Part shown: one piece after another, positions 1-13,014 of the stretch
Layout: the number at the start of each line of letters is the position of its first letter
How positions within the stretch are numbered: position 1 is the stretch's first letter
NCBI GenBank assembly: GCA_964016885.1
Contig: OZ024748.1
Span: forward strand, 18,600,001 to 18,664,000
Length of the DNA stretch: 64,000 nt
Origin: Eledone cirrhosa
Taxonomy: Eukaryota
Direction: 5' to 3'
Program-made: the position numbers and the translations under genes
Notes under the pieces: model-generated
What the model was told of the DNA's origin: nothing
The model's input: the letters and a program-made list of their open reading frames with translations, nothing else
Database searches by the model: none

Positions 1-473
1 TAGAAAGAAAAAAATATAAATATAAAAAGAAGAAAATGTATTGGTTGTGATGAAGAAGACTAAGAAATAATATAAACAGACCGATAGACAGACTAACAAA
101 AGACAGAACGTTATATATATATATATATATATATATAGTGACCAAGGGAATGGTCCCCCAGAAAATATTAAACGACGGACGGTTTGTAGTTTGTAGTTTG
201 TACGAACCGAGTGAAGCTAGCATACTAATTACAGTAGCAAATGGCAGCTACCAAAATAGTCATATCTGCAGCAAAGACACACAGACACATACACACACGA
301 ACATAACCGAGATAGATAGAGTGGTAGATAAATAAATAAATATTGTATATAGGTATATAGATATATGTACTGTAGCTAGATAGATAGATATTAATAGGTA
401 CATAGGGATATGTTAAATATGTACTGTAAGCTAGACAGAAACACACGGATATGGCAGAGATAGATAAATGAAT

Positions 474-557
474 GCCTTTCATCCTTACGGGGTCGATAAA
501 ATAAAGTACCAGTAATGCACTGAGTAATTGCTGGCCTTGTGTCAAAAATAGAAACAA
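474..557 (+). mobile_element. SINE family B, 3' fragment
   Basis: GCCTTTCATCCTTACGGGGTCGATAAAATAAAGTACCAGTAATGCACTG...GCTGGCCTTGTG matches the full copies at 40302 and 58822. Confidence 0.85.
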
Positions 558-1947
558 TGAGATTTTGATACATAGATGACAGTTAAATATGTACTGTAGA
601 TATATAGCTAGATAAAAAGACATACAGCAGATATATGTGTAAATAGGTAGATAGACACACCAGCCAAATATATAGCTTAAATAGATGTCTAAATAGGCGC
701 ACACGATAGATATGTATAATTAACACAATGAAAAAAAAAAGCTAGGTAGGTAGGTAGGTAGGCAGGTGTTTTAATGCGATTAGTAAGTAAAAAGTCGGAA
801 GATTTGGTCAAAAATCCATCAGAATGCTCAGTTACAATGTACATATATATATATATATAAAATATATACTTATATATAGTCTGATCATATAAATAAGAAT
901 CGGAGTAAGTGAAAAATACGAGGGTAGGAGAGGAAAAACAGTTGGACTATGTATGGTGGTGGTGTTGATAGTAGTGGTGGTTGTGATAGTAGTTGTGGTA
1001 TTGAAGGTGGTGGTGGTGGTTGATATAGTAGAGGCTGTGGGTAAATGGTGATGGTAGTAGTGGTGTGTTGTTATTGATGATGCTGATAGAGGAGGTAGCT
1101 GTATTGATAATTATATTAGCGGTTATAGTGTGGTGGTGGTAGTGGTGATGGTTTTAGTGACAGTAGTAGTGGTGATGGTTTTAGTGGCAGTAGTAGTGGT
1201 GATGGTTTTAGTGGCAGTAGTAGTGGGGGTATAATCATTTGGTTCATAGAGGGTTGGCTGTACATTTTTTTTTTCAACTTAAACCCTAAGACATCATCAT
1301 TATCATCTTTGAAAAATAAAAAATAATTACAATGATTATCATTACCACCACCACCACCACTATTACAACTCAGATGCCGCAGCGCAGTGGTTAAATTCTC
1401 GGTGATCCGAGTGAGATTCACAAACACGGTTTCGCTTTCAAGTACACTTCATTCCATTCCACTTCACTTCTAAGAAATGCAAATTCCATCCCCTTATAAA
1501 AAATATTTCTCAGGCACCACGACCCTATAACAAACAACCGCCCCCCCCCCCCCCCCATTCCGTTTCATCATATCTCCGCGGTGGGGAACTCACATACATC
1601 AACACCAGACACGATTTAATCGACTACTAATACACCATCAGTAGTAATAATAATAACGATTTCTACTATAGGCACAGGCCCAGCAATTTTGGGAGAGGGG
1701 AAATTCGACTAAATCGACCCCAGTGCGTTAATTCGTAGCCATTATTATTAGTGTTTTAAAAGGATTATTATTTTAAAATGATACAAATTGAAGTGACAAA
1801 CTACATGGGAGAGAAAGAGGGGATAAATATTACAATGGGAAGGGGGGGGGGGGGGTGACGGAAGGATACACAACAAAATTTAAAGGGCAATCACAAGAGT
1901 ATATTACATATGTATATATATATATCTTTATTTTTATTCTTCTTATG

Positions 1948-1990
1948 ACAGCTGAATGAGTTGGGGTACAGAACCCAACGAAACGTAAGC
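1948..1990 (+). ncRNA. Degenerate minimal hammerhead motif in a TA-flanked element
   Basis: CTGAATGA (one extra base) - GTTGGG/CCCAAC stem II - GAAAC - GTA; stem I is weak. Confidence 0.5.
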
Positions 1991-2225
1991 ACCTGTTTAT
2001 GACACTTGTAATTATATATATACACATACATGGAGAGAGAGAGGTTTAAAGGGTTCTTCAGGGAGGGTGCGTGTGTTATATGTATGTAGATGTAATGAAA
2101 ACCATTACCAGTAGTATTATTACTTAATGAGATAATGATGATAACGATGAATGAGGTGATGATAATGACGATGATGTTGGTGATGATGATAGTGGCGATG
2201 GTAATTACATTTTTTTTTAAGAAAA

Positions 2226-2265
<40 letters not shown>

Positions 2266-2661
2266 TATCACCACGAAAATCATTACCCCACCATCACTAC
2301 ACACCAGGGCTTTAAACGACAAAAGTGGTTTTCAACTGGTACCTAGACCCAGGGTGTAAACGACAACTATAAATATTCCTATAATTATAATAAATTAATT
2401 AAGAAATCAAGAAAGACAGTCGAGTTCCATCAGAGAAATAAAACCGTAGAACAGCTGTAATGGAAGGAATAAAATAGAGATGATGATGACAATGATGATA
2501 TTAATGGAAAAGGTCCCGATGAATAGGGACAGACAGATTAAATCAAAAAATGAGTTTTACAATAGGTTGGAAGCACTCAATATATAGTTCAAGGAGACAG
2601 CAAACAGAAGTAGAAAAAGTGTTATTAATTTCACACATTGTATTGCAAAGAGGAAAGAAAG

Positions 2662-2695
2662 TTCGACGTGTCGGGCTTAAGCCCTTCTTCAGGAG
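2662..2695 (-). ncRNA. Degenerate minimal hammerhead motif
   Basis: Reverse strand reads CTGAAGA-A-GGGC-TTAA-GCCC-GACAC-GTC; one substitution in GAAAC. Confidence 0.6.
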
Positions 2696-3578
2696 TACAC
2701 ATAGAGACAGGATCACAATGGAGAAACAGAAAGAATGTCCAGTAAAGGCACACACACACATATATATATATATACACGTCTGTCTGTGTGTTTCTTCTGC
2801 TGCTATTCTGCCACTGTCATTTATTTCAAAGATGTTTTGGTAGTCGATTTATTTTGGCTTGTTATTAAACCCATGACCATCTCTCTCGACATTCATTTTA
2901 TTTATATCATCTCATTATTAGAAAACGACACATAGATCTACGGGCCAGATAGGGGAGTAGGCAAGCGTAAACAGATAAATTGGATAATTAGATAAACACA
3001 GATAGATACGTAATTTTCGGGGTTTTTTTTTTCATATTTTCTTGACTTAAATTTCAAGATGAATCGTAAAAAGAGAAGCAATAGAAAGATAAAAGAGAAA
3101 ACGCATATATACAAACATATATATATTATAAACATTATTCTTCTTCTTATTATTATTATTGGTACCAGTGACATTCTAAAAAGGGACAATCAACTGGCAA
3201 AATGATTGCTATCTGAGCTATTAAGTGGTAGCTTTATCAAATGCACGCACTCTACCTCAAAATATTTATATCAAATATATGTGTCTATATACATTGTCTA
3301 TCTCTATCTATCTATATGTATATCTATTTCAAACAGGCAATGACAACCAAAGTGAGAGAAAGAGAAAACGAGCTAGAGAGAGAGTGGTGTCTTGACGTAA
3401 TGAACATATATATACATGTATTCAATTTGTTAAAAATACAGGCAATCGGTAGACAAATATCGACATTATTTTAACACCGATTGTTTAAATGTGTGAAATG
3501 ATAACGATAATGACAATTTTAATTGAATATATCGATGAGAATTGTATATTTGAGTGAAACGAAAATGATATTTCTTAC

Positions 3579-3614
3579 CTGAGTCGCCTCCACAACTCTC
3601 GCCAAAGCAACCAT
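3579..3614 (-). CDS. Candidate first coding exon of a host gene running off the left edge (MVALARVVEATQ)
   Basis: Minus strand ATG at 3614, 12 codons, then CAG|GTAAGA consensus donor, in non-repetitive sequence. No homology recognised and no downstream exon found. Confidence 0.4.
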
Positions 3615-3633
3615 TAAAACTTACTCCTTCCTG

Positions 3634-3997
3634 TGACGTCAAACATTTGTGTGTAAAACTTTCAGCTTTTGTTGTTTTTTATTTTCTCTTTCAAAATATA
3701 TATTTATTCCTGTTTTTTTTATTTTATTATAAATAAAATACAAATGAAAATTTCTCTTCTCGAAACGGAACGTTGGTAATTAATTTAATCTGTATGTAAA
3801 TTTATTGAAAAAAAAACCTCAACAAAATGTAGAAAATTGTATGACTACGAAAAAAAGTATGAAGGTTTGAAAATATCCTACAGCTTATCACCATTGTACG
3901 TCAACAAAACATGTTAACTTCTGTAAGGTTGACACGCATAACCGGAGGTGAACTTTGGCGAGCTGTATGAGGTCAAGGGGCAGATCAGTTGAGGTCA
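3634..3997. promoter_or_regulatory. Candidate promoter/enhancer motif cluster
   Basis: Full CRE TGACGTCA (3634-3641), TGAACTTTG (3949-3957), DR1-like AGGTCA-A-GGGGCA (3970-3982), AGGTCA (3992-3997). Confidence 0.35.
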
Positions 3998-4514
3998 CAG
4001 CATCTCTTATTTTTCCAGTTTTTACCATTATTAACCTGACTAACATAACGCAAACAACTATATTTACGCAGCAGCCACTTATTACAGAAAGACGACGGAA
4101 AGGAACTTAATTAACAAACACACAATCCAAAGAAAGAAAAGGGTGGGTGAAAAAAACCCCATCAAAACCAAGCGAAGTTTGGAAAAATGTTTTATAGTAT
4201 TATATTTTACACTTGAAATCTAAAGAAAGTTGATATCTACTTTGCATCTTTCAGTAGAAAGAACCAGTTATATAGTTCGCCACCATCACATCGCTACTTG
4301 TAAGTACCAAGATCACCATCGTTACCGCTACTACCAGCGCCAATCGGGGAATTATTTAAATATATATATATATTATTAAAACACCTTGTACATTTTACAC
4401 ACGCAACATACAGACGTATATATATATGCACTCGCGCATTAGGCACACACTTGTGCATACTTAATTCTTGGTTATAAAAGCTACGTCGGTCTTTTACTCA
4501 TGCCAGTATTTCCT

Positions 4515-4567
<53 letters not shown>

Positions 4568-5080
4568 CACACACACACAAACAAGCTTGTGAAAAAAAAA
4601 AATATCTTATCACCAACGCCACCACCACCATCATCATCATTGACACTGTAACTCTAACCTATAATATGATAATAATCATTAGCGGTGTACAACATCCAAC
4701 ATTATTTTGATCAGAAGAAATTAACTTATCTAAATTCTAGGTAAGCCTAGCTTTTCTTTTCCTTTTTACTTCTAAATATCCTCCTTCTCACTTTTTTCTT
4801 ATTTTGTAAAAGAATAAAATTAGATTAAAATAAAATCTCTCGAAATCTTCTATTTAGTAATTATGTGATCTCATCCAACCCACTTTAACTTTATTATATT
4901 ATATATATATGAGATCACACTGATGGTAAAAACTATGCACATATTTAATATAATGTAGTTAATCACTGTTCCATTACAGGATATTTCGATTAAATTATCT
5001 TATAAGTATATATATATATATAAAGTACTCACATATATACATATATTATTGATATGCATACATTATATATATATATATAA

Positions 5081-5153
5081 AAGGTACCCCAGAAAATGTA
5101 TACTCAATTCAACAGCATTCTAATCAAAGTGTATATACATTTTTAGGGGACAT
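5081..5153. mobile_element. Possible miniature Tc1/mariner-type MITE remnant
   Basis: Imperfect inverted ends CCCCAGAAAATGTATA / TATACATTTTTAGGGG next to TA repeats. Confidence 0.35.
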
Positions 5154-6121
5154 ACACACACACTCTCTCTCTTTCTCTCTCTCTATATATATATATGTAT
5201 ATGCATACACACGCCCACACTCTCACATATATATATATATATATATATATAGTATCAAATCCCTTGGTTATTTCAGTTTAGCTTGTTGCTTACGGTGTTT
5301 CTATTTTCTCGTTGCTATATGCACATTTACTTATGCACGCCTACACACATATATTTATATGCCATTTACACACGCATGTATATATATATATATATATAAA
5401 CACACAAACATTACGTGCCTTTATCACACTTGTTATTTATAGCACACAGATACACATACATTCACAAATACCATATAGGTATTCATAACACACAGAGACA
5501 CCATCTAATAAGGTGCACTCTATTGCATGATATGCAATACTTATTATACTCTTACACAACACCTATGTGTTTATAATACTCTTACACAATACACACATGC
5601 AACAGCTTTTGTCTTCGTTCATCGAATGAAAAATGTTGGAATCGCACTTACACATAATACCACTTTCTATGTATTTACCACACACACTGACGTACGTATT
5701 CTCGTCACTTTAGTTCCTGTAATTAAATAAACCAACTCGCACACAGATCGATTTTGGAAATCTGTTGAAAACAAATCAATTAACAATCATTCCAATATAA
5801 TTCGTTAAGTATTAACAACTTTATATATATATTTATTTATATTTCATTATAATTATTATTTTACCGAATTTAAAATGTTATAAGTAGTTGTGGCAGTATA
5901 AGTTGCGTGAGGTGGTTGTGTGCTGTCAGGGATTCCACAGTGTTTAAAGGGGCACCAATATAAGGGCCTTCGAAAAAAATTTCAACCAGGAACCCCATAA
6001 CCAGCTTACTCTGATCCTAGTTATGGGGACAGGAAGTATGAGAGGTGACTGATTGACAAACTTCAATAAGACCCACAACGAATTTAACTTTTAAAAAATC
6101 TGCTCAAAATAATAATAATAA

Positions 6122-6575
6122 TAGTTTCTATATTTAGCACAAGGCCATCAATTTGAAGGGAAGTGGAGAGTCGATTAAATCAATCACAGTATGTTACTGG
6201 TACTTTATTCCATCGATCCCGTAAGGATGAAAGGTAAAGCTATAAGACCCGGGAGATATTTTGTGGGCGGGAGGATCGTATTTTCTCTCCATCTTACATG
6301 GATGCCAAAAGTGACTTGCCTACGCAAGGACATTATTTCAGCTTTGTTGTTAGTTGTTTTGATAACAATAATAATGGTTTCTGATTTAGGAACAAGGCCA
6401 GCAATTTTTAGTGGGAGGTGAAAGTCGATTAAATCGAGTGTGTTACTGGTGTTTTCTTTTATCGACCCCGTAAGGATGAAAGGCAAAGCTAACCTCAGCG
6501 GAATTTGAACGCAAAACGGAAATGGACATAATTATATGCCGCAAAGCATGTTTTTCGGCTCTTTACCGATTATTG
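6122..6575 (-). mobile_element. Two SINE family B copies with an intervening ~90-bp repeat
   Basis: CACAAGGCCA...TACTGGTACTTTATT...GACCCCGTAAGGATGAAAGGCAAAG occurs twice; 6275-6362 matches 40941-41031. Confidence 0.8.
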
Positions 6576-8051
6576 CCCATCAAAAAAATAATGTCTAAAA
6601 GTTCTTAAAACAGAAAAAGAAACTACAAAAATATTTTTAATTTTAAATAAATAAGCCCCCCCCCCCCCCCCCCCCCACACACACACTAAACATATAAGAT
6701 CCCAACCCTCATTTCAGCAGGGAATATAAAAAAATAAAATAAATAAATAAAAATAAAATACACTAAGAAGCAAGCATTAGTCTACCAGACGTCTCAACTT
6801 CGAATATAAGACCAAGTGATATTTGTGGGGAGGAAGAATCTTATATGATATGAAATACGATAATAACCTGAGAGTCATTGTCAGAAAATTAGCCTAATAA
6901 CTTCTTTAGTTCCTTTTACTCTTTTTGGAACATTGGATGACAAGAGGTCTCTCTCCATACAGTAGGTTTGCTAAATCTGTTATGGGACTGATCCCAGACT
7001 AGGGCCCATATCTGCCAGATGTTCCCTTCACAGACCCCCTGTCATGTGACTGCTCACAGTTTACTGGGTTCATTTTATCATGGCACCAATTGATGTCTTT
7101 AAATATATGTCTTTGGTTTAATCTTGATCTATTTACATTCCATTTAAGGCAATTGGTATACTATCATCATCATCTCTCTCTGTGTTGGCAGTCGCTCATA
7201 ATTAAATATGACTTTGTAGCAGAAAAGATTTTTATTTTGATAAAATATGTACCAGACTTAAAAATTAGTATTTGGGTTTGATCTGATTAATAAAATACTT
7301 TTACAAATACAGACGCACACACACACACATATATATATATGTATATATAAATATATGCTAGCGTAGAAAACCAGACATAAAATGATGATGAGCTCTAATG
7401 GGTCTCTGCACAGTTTCCATTTACCAAATTTTACTTACAAGGCACTGATTAATTGGTTAACGTGAAGCTATAGTAGAAGACACTTGCCCAAGGTACCATA
7501 TAGGTAATTATGCAAATGGTAGCATTATAACTGCAAACCTCATTACTATTTCCCAGACAAATATCTAGACATGGTTTGACAAAAGAAAATGTCAAAGCCT
7601 TAGACTTCAACAATCTTTTTGTTTCCCTACCATGTGATTTTGGATTGAGTTCCACTCTGTGGCACCTTGAGCTAGTGTCTTCTATAGCTTTGGATTGAAA
7701 TTTCGTAGATGGTGTCAGAGAGGGGAGACTGGCTTGCATGGGTGACTGCTGGTCTTTTACAAAAACACCTTGCCTGAACTTGTGCTCAGAGGGGAACTTT
7801 GTAGATCCAAAACCCATGGACATTTGTGACCAAAGGAGGTCTTTTAAATATGTATATATATGAAAGTAGTAATAGATTAAAGAATATAAGAGTATCATTA
7901 GAAACTGTTTACTCCATCACTACTCTGAGTTTCTGGCAAGCTATCTATACATTGGTTCAGATGATGCAACAATGAATCATAAGCTTCATCATCATCATCG
8001 TTCTCATTATCATCATCTTAGTTTTCCATAAATAATCTCTACAGGTCCTGG

Positions 8052-8189
8052 ATATTTTTCTTCATTTGTTCATGTGAACACACACTGATATACATACAAA
8101 TATACACACACATACATACATGTATGTATGTGTGTGTGTGTTTGTATGTATATCAGTGTGTGTTCACATGAACAAATGAAGAAAAATAT
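8052..8189. repeat. 138-bp spacerless palindrome
   Basis: ATATTTTTCTTCATTTGTTCATGTGAACACACACTGATA... is mirrored about CATACA|TGTATG (8120/8121) with about 2 mismatches. Confidence 0.9.
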
Positions 8190-8555
8190 GTGTATGTACA
8201 ACTGAGAGTTCTAAAATATTCTGTGGTTGCATCTGACACTGTTTTTTTTTTTTGTGCATGTAGGAATGTGTGTTTATGAATATATATCATTTACCATTTG
8301 TTTTCCCTGATAGCATACATATATATATATCTTTATATATATATATGTGTGTGTGTGTATACATACATATATGGGCACAGATGGAAGCTAAAGCATACAT
8401 ATATAGTATGCACCCCTCATCCTCTCATACATCTCTCACGAGGACAGACTGTAGCATACATCCAGGGAAGCCTCCAGCTCACACTGTAAAGTGGTCTTCA
8501 TGGCGACATGACAAAAAGCACCCAGTCAACAGTGCAACAGTGTAAAATGATGACG

Positions 8556-8599
<44 letters not shown>

Positions 8600-8601
<2 letters not shown>

Positions 8602-8900
8602 CATCTCAGTTTAGCGTCCATTTTCCAAGCTATGCTAGCATAGGTCAGGTGGGTTGTCCCATTGTGAGACAAGTTAGGCCAGATGACCATGTCTTGCTCA
8701 CACACACCTTTACCTGGCTTGGTTTCTATGGCTGGATGCCCTTTCTAATGCCAACCACGTCAGTGAGGGCTGGGTGATTTTTGTTGTGCCACCACTTTAC
8801 AGAATGGACTGGGTAATTTTTGTTGCGCCACCTACACAACCACTATATAGAATGAACCGGGTGCTTTTGTCATGTCTCCAACACAACCACTTTACAGAGT
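8600..8900 (-). mobile_element. RTE-related SINE-like family C
   Basis: Carries TTTCTA..GCTGGATGCCCTT and the family C tail; has internal ~47-bp repeats. Confidence 0.7.
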
Positions 8901-9411
8901 GGGCTGTGTGTTCATTGTAATGAGGTGTCACTGACAGGACCACCCTATATGTATATATATATGCACACATACACACATGTATATACACACATACACACAT
9001 GTATATGTATATATATACACATACACACATGTATGTGTATATCGTTCTGTTGAACATAATGACTCTCTTAAGTTTCATTGTTTTCTATAATTATATTTCC
9101 TCCTGATATTTTATACTCATCTCACCCAATTATAAGCCATTGTTATTTATAGTACCATCATTTCTTTATTGAAATATTTCACTGAGATATTCACAATAGC
9201 TCTACTACATCACATCTCTGCTTTGTTGTCCATCTTAATATCATTATTATGCTGTTACATACAGCATCTTTCTAAAATATAAATGTCTCTCGCTCCTAAA
9301 TTTCTTTCCTTCATGACTGTCAAAACACACTCAACAATCATACTTTCTATATACAGTTTTATTCAATTAAAATTGTCTCATAAAATATCTGTGTGTGTGT
9401 GTGTGTATATA

Positions 9412-9559
9412 TATTCATTTTGTAAGACTAAATAGTGAATCTTGTTACTCTGGGGTTTCACCTGCTTCTCACAGGGTCATCAGACGCTTATGACCTTGTG
9501 AGAAACCGGTGAAAGTCCAGAGTTACAAGACTCACTGTTTAGCCTTAATAAAATGAATA
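9412..9559. repeat. Imperfect inverted repeat holding back-to-back hammerhead-like cores
   Basis: Minus: CTGATGA-CCCTG..CAGGT-GAAAC (9483-9455). Plus: CTTATGA..GAAAG (9487-9515). Confidence 0.7.
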
Positions 9560-9659
9560 GTTAAACTCTACTCCTGTATTGAGTAGTCTTTTCTCTTGTT
9601 TGTCAACTATATATGGACACACATACACACACACACATATATATATATACATATATACT

Positions 9660-9912
9660 GAGCTCCTCTAAAGACTTGATCGACGACTTCGAGGATGTGT
9701 TTCACATGAGAAGCATGCGCTGGATCAGCAAGGTGATGAATGGGTGAAGGAGGCAGTAGAGGCTCAAAAGGACTTGCATGGAGGATGACAGTTGGGATCA
9801 AGTAAGACCAATGGACAGAAACACATGGAGCAGGATGCTAAGGAGCACTGTCAGGCAAGACCCACCCTTACTTAAGGATTAATTGTGTCCTGGATGATGA
9901 TGATGATGATGA
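9660..9912 (+). mobile_element. Degraded RTE-like LINE 3' fragment
   Basis: Starts after (TA)n, has an RRLR-like remnant and AGACCCACCCTT, and ends in (GAT)n. Confidence 0.5.
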
Positions 9913-9949
9913 CATCTATACAATAAAAGTACTGTTTTCCTGCTGTCAT

Positions 9950-10345
9950 TATCATCGTCACCGTTTTACGTCCATTCTTCCACGCTAGCATTGGTTAGAC
10001 GGGTTGTTCTATTGTGGGCAATAACGGGTCAGGTGACAATGTCTTGCTCATACAGAACTGATTCTGGCTTGATTTCTACAGCTGGATGCCCTTCCTAACA
10101 CCAACCTCATTTACAGTGAGTGCTGGGTGCTTTTACTGTGGCACGAGCACAAGCACTTTACAGTGTGGACTGGATGCTTTTTTGTTGTCATCTACACGAA
10201 CACTTAATAGTGGGAGGGGGTGGGAGCATACTGTCTATATGCTTCAGTGCCGGCTTGTATCCACGGGAAGGCTTTCTTCTGTATTACTGTGTAACGCCAG
10301 AAGTCTTGGTCCTGCGTCATCGCCTTTGAGAGATTCAGCTGGATT
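9950..10345 (-). mobile_element. RTE-related SINE-like family C
   Basis: (CAT)n tail, CCGTTTTACGTCC, and GATTTCTACAGCTGGATGCCCTTCCTAACACCAACC. Related copies at 12540, 16277, 19787, 38820, 43545 and 50515. Confidence 0.8.
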
Positions 10346-10368
10346 CAAAACATTTTTCCCACCCCTCA

Positions 10369-10399
<31 letters not shown>

Positions 10400-10400
<1 letters not shown>

Positions 10401-10772
10401 TTAAAGGTTAAACAAGGTTCAATGAATAAATCAAAGAATGAGTTTTACAATAGATTGAAAGCACTCAACAGAGTGGTTTTCCGGAGTTATTAATATTAAT
10501 TCAAAATATTAACAAAATAGATATTCTTGTGATCAAGTATATTTTATTATATGGTAGTGAGTAATATATGACAAAATCCAGGTATATAAATATTGGATTT
10601 TGTCATATATTACTCACTACCATTACTGAATCTTAACCATCTACTATATCAGGGTATGTCATGCATCATCTTATTTTATCTGATGAGGACGTACTGTTGA
10701 AGTTAACTCTCTGAAATATGTATAATAAAATATACTTGATCACAAGAATATCTATTTTGTTAATATTTTGAA

Positions 10773-10779
<7 letters not shown>
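10400..10779 (+). mobile_element. TA-flanked hammerhead-bearing element with nested inverted repeats (Penelope pLTR/retrozyme-like)
   Basis: Outer arms 10493-10550 / 10721-10779, inner arms 10551-10580 / 10594-10623; homologous to 19133-19340. Confidence 0.7.
10673..10731 (+). ncRNA. Minimal type I hammerhead motif (stem II degraded)
   Basis: ATTTTAT-CTGATGA-...-GAAAT-ATGT-ATA-ATAAAAT: 7-bp stem I and an AUA triplet. Confidence 0.65.
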
Positions 10780-10809
<30 letters not shown>

Positions 10810-11083
10810 TGTATGTATATGCACAAATATAATTAGACCTTATGTTTTATATCACAGACTTACGCACACACATGAATATATATATATTTGTAGTAGTTGT
10901 TCGTATTCAACAAGTGAGTTAATCTAATATGTGTTGAAAAACTGCAACAATTACGCTGGGGTAGTGACAACAAAACAACTAAACAACAATATGTCATAAT
11001 AGTCACTTTTGTTTGATTTCCTAATGGAATTACATATCGTATTAAGTACTAAAGTCATGACTACCATCTCACCGCCCCCACTT

Positions 11084-11132
<49 letters not shown>

Positions 11133-11157
11133 ATGATATATACTGTATATATGTCTG

Positions 11158-11193
<36 letters not shown>

Positions 11194-11201
11194 CACACAT
11201 A

Positions 11202-12429
11202 CGTCGACTTGGAGAAAGCCTTCGACAGAGTCCCCCGTTCCATTATCTGGTGGTCTCTTAGAAAACTAGGTGTTGATGAATGGCTTGTGAGAGCTATACA
11301 AGCCATGTATAAAGAAACAGTCAGTAAGGTTAGAATTAACAACGAATATAGTGAAGAGTTTAGCGTAAAAGTTGGTGTCCATCAGGGCTCTGTTCTTAGC
11401 CCCCTACTATTTATTATTGCCCTTCAGGCTATAACAGAGGAGTTCAAGACCGGCTGCCCATGGGAACTCCTATACGCAGATGATCTAACGCTCATAGCTG
11501 AATCAATGACCGAACTAGAGAAGAAATTCCAAACATGGAAGCACGGCCTAGAATCAAAAGGCCTTAAAGTTAACCTGGCTAAGACTAAAGTTCTAGTTTG
11601 TAGGAAAGAAAATAAGGCGACGGTCCCATCTGGGAAATGGCCATGCTCAGTGTGTAGGAAAGGCGTAGGTAGAAACTCCATTTTATGTCCCAAATGCAAA
11701 GTATGGGTGCATAAAAGATGTAGTGGGATCACAGGTAAGCTAACTAAGAACATAGATTTTACATGTGGCCGGTGCTCTGGTGCAATAAGTAGCAGCAAGT
11801 GCCCACAAAATACTAGCTCCTTCAACTGCGCAGAGGGTTCTATAGAAATAGTGGACAGCTTCCGTTACCTGGGTGACAAAATCAGCAGTGGGGGAGGGTG
11901 CTCTGAAAGTACAGTAGCTAGAGTCAGAACTGGATGGAAAAAGTTCAGAGAGCTTATACCACTATTAGCCGCTAGAGGGTTCTCCCTAAAAATGAAAGGC
12001 AGGTTATACGATGCCTGCATACGAACAGCAATGCTGCATGGCAGTGAGACCTGGGCATTGTGTGCAGAAGATATACGCAGACTAGAGAGGAACGAAGCTT
12101 GCATGCTCCGCTGGATGTGCAATAGTAATATACATGAACGGCAAAGCATAAACGAACTAAGGAAAAAATTAGAAATAAGAGGGATCAGATGTTGTTTACT
12201 CGAGAGAAGGCTACGTTGGTACGGTCACGTGATGCGCATGAAAGACGACAGCTGTATAACAAAGTGCAGGGCAATAAAGATAGACGGTAGCCACGAAGTA
12301 GGCAGACCCAGAAAAACATGGGACGAGCTGATAAATTCCGACCTCACACGCTTACACCTCTCCAAGACAATGTCACTGGACCGAGACCTTTGGCGGTACT
12401 CAGTAATAGAGAAGACCCGCCTTACCTAA
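11202..12429 (+). mobile_element. 5'-truncated RTE-clade LINE, RT C-terminal half with PHD-type finger, open frame
   Basis: DLEKAFD, GVHQGSVLSPLLF, LYADD, FRYLG and ERRLRWYGHVMR motifs; starts directly after a TA-rich tract. Confidence 0.95.
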
Positions 12430-12539
12430 ATACAAAGTAAAAACCTACTACAGTCAGTAGGCATCTCTATCAAAACACACCCCCGTCCCACCACCTCCAC
12501 CCCATCCACACCGCCCCTTTCAATGTAAAGTTATGTTGG

Positions 12540-12933
12540 TCCCACAACATCCAGGCCGAAACAAATGAGATCGTGTAGGTGTCACGACAAAAAAAAAACA
12601 CACAGTCCACGCTGTAAATGTGGCCGTGTAGGCAACACGGAAAAAACCTCCCAGCCCCACACTGTAAATGTGGTTGGTGTTAGGAAGGGCATCCAGCTGT
12701 AGAAAACCCGTCAGACAGTCCACGCTGTAATGTGGCCGTGTAGGCAACACGGTAAAAACCTCCCAGCCCCACACTGTAAATGTGGTTGGTGTTAGGAAGG
12801 GCATCCAACTGTAGAAAACCCGCCAGACAGTCCTATGCGAGCAAGACAACCACTCTTGCCTCAAGTGAGAAAACCCCCGTCCAAACCCATGCAAGCGTGG
12901 AACACGGACGCTAAACCTGATGATGATGATGAT
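12540..12933 (+). mobile_element. Family C element with internal ~118-bp duplication
   Basis: GTGGTTGGTGTTAGGAAGGGCATCCA occurs twice; (GAT)n tail; closely matches 43545-43738. Confidence 0.8.
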
Positions 12934-13014
12934 ACATATGTGTGTCTGAGCATATATATATATATACATACACACATATACATATGTGTCTATATATATA
13001 TATATATATATAAA

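Noticed and set aside
1116-1427. 103-aa Pro/Leu-rich ORF
   Set aside because: Mostly GGT/AGT low-complexity repeats; no splice or homology support.
11424-12149. Minus-strand ORFs over the LINEs (also 55556-58061)
   Set aside because: Antisense shadows of the RT frame.
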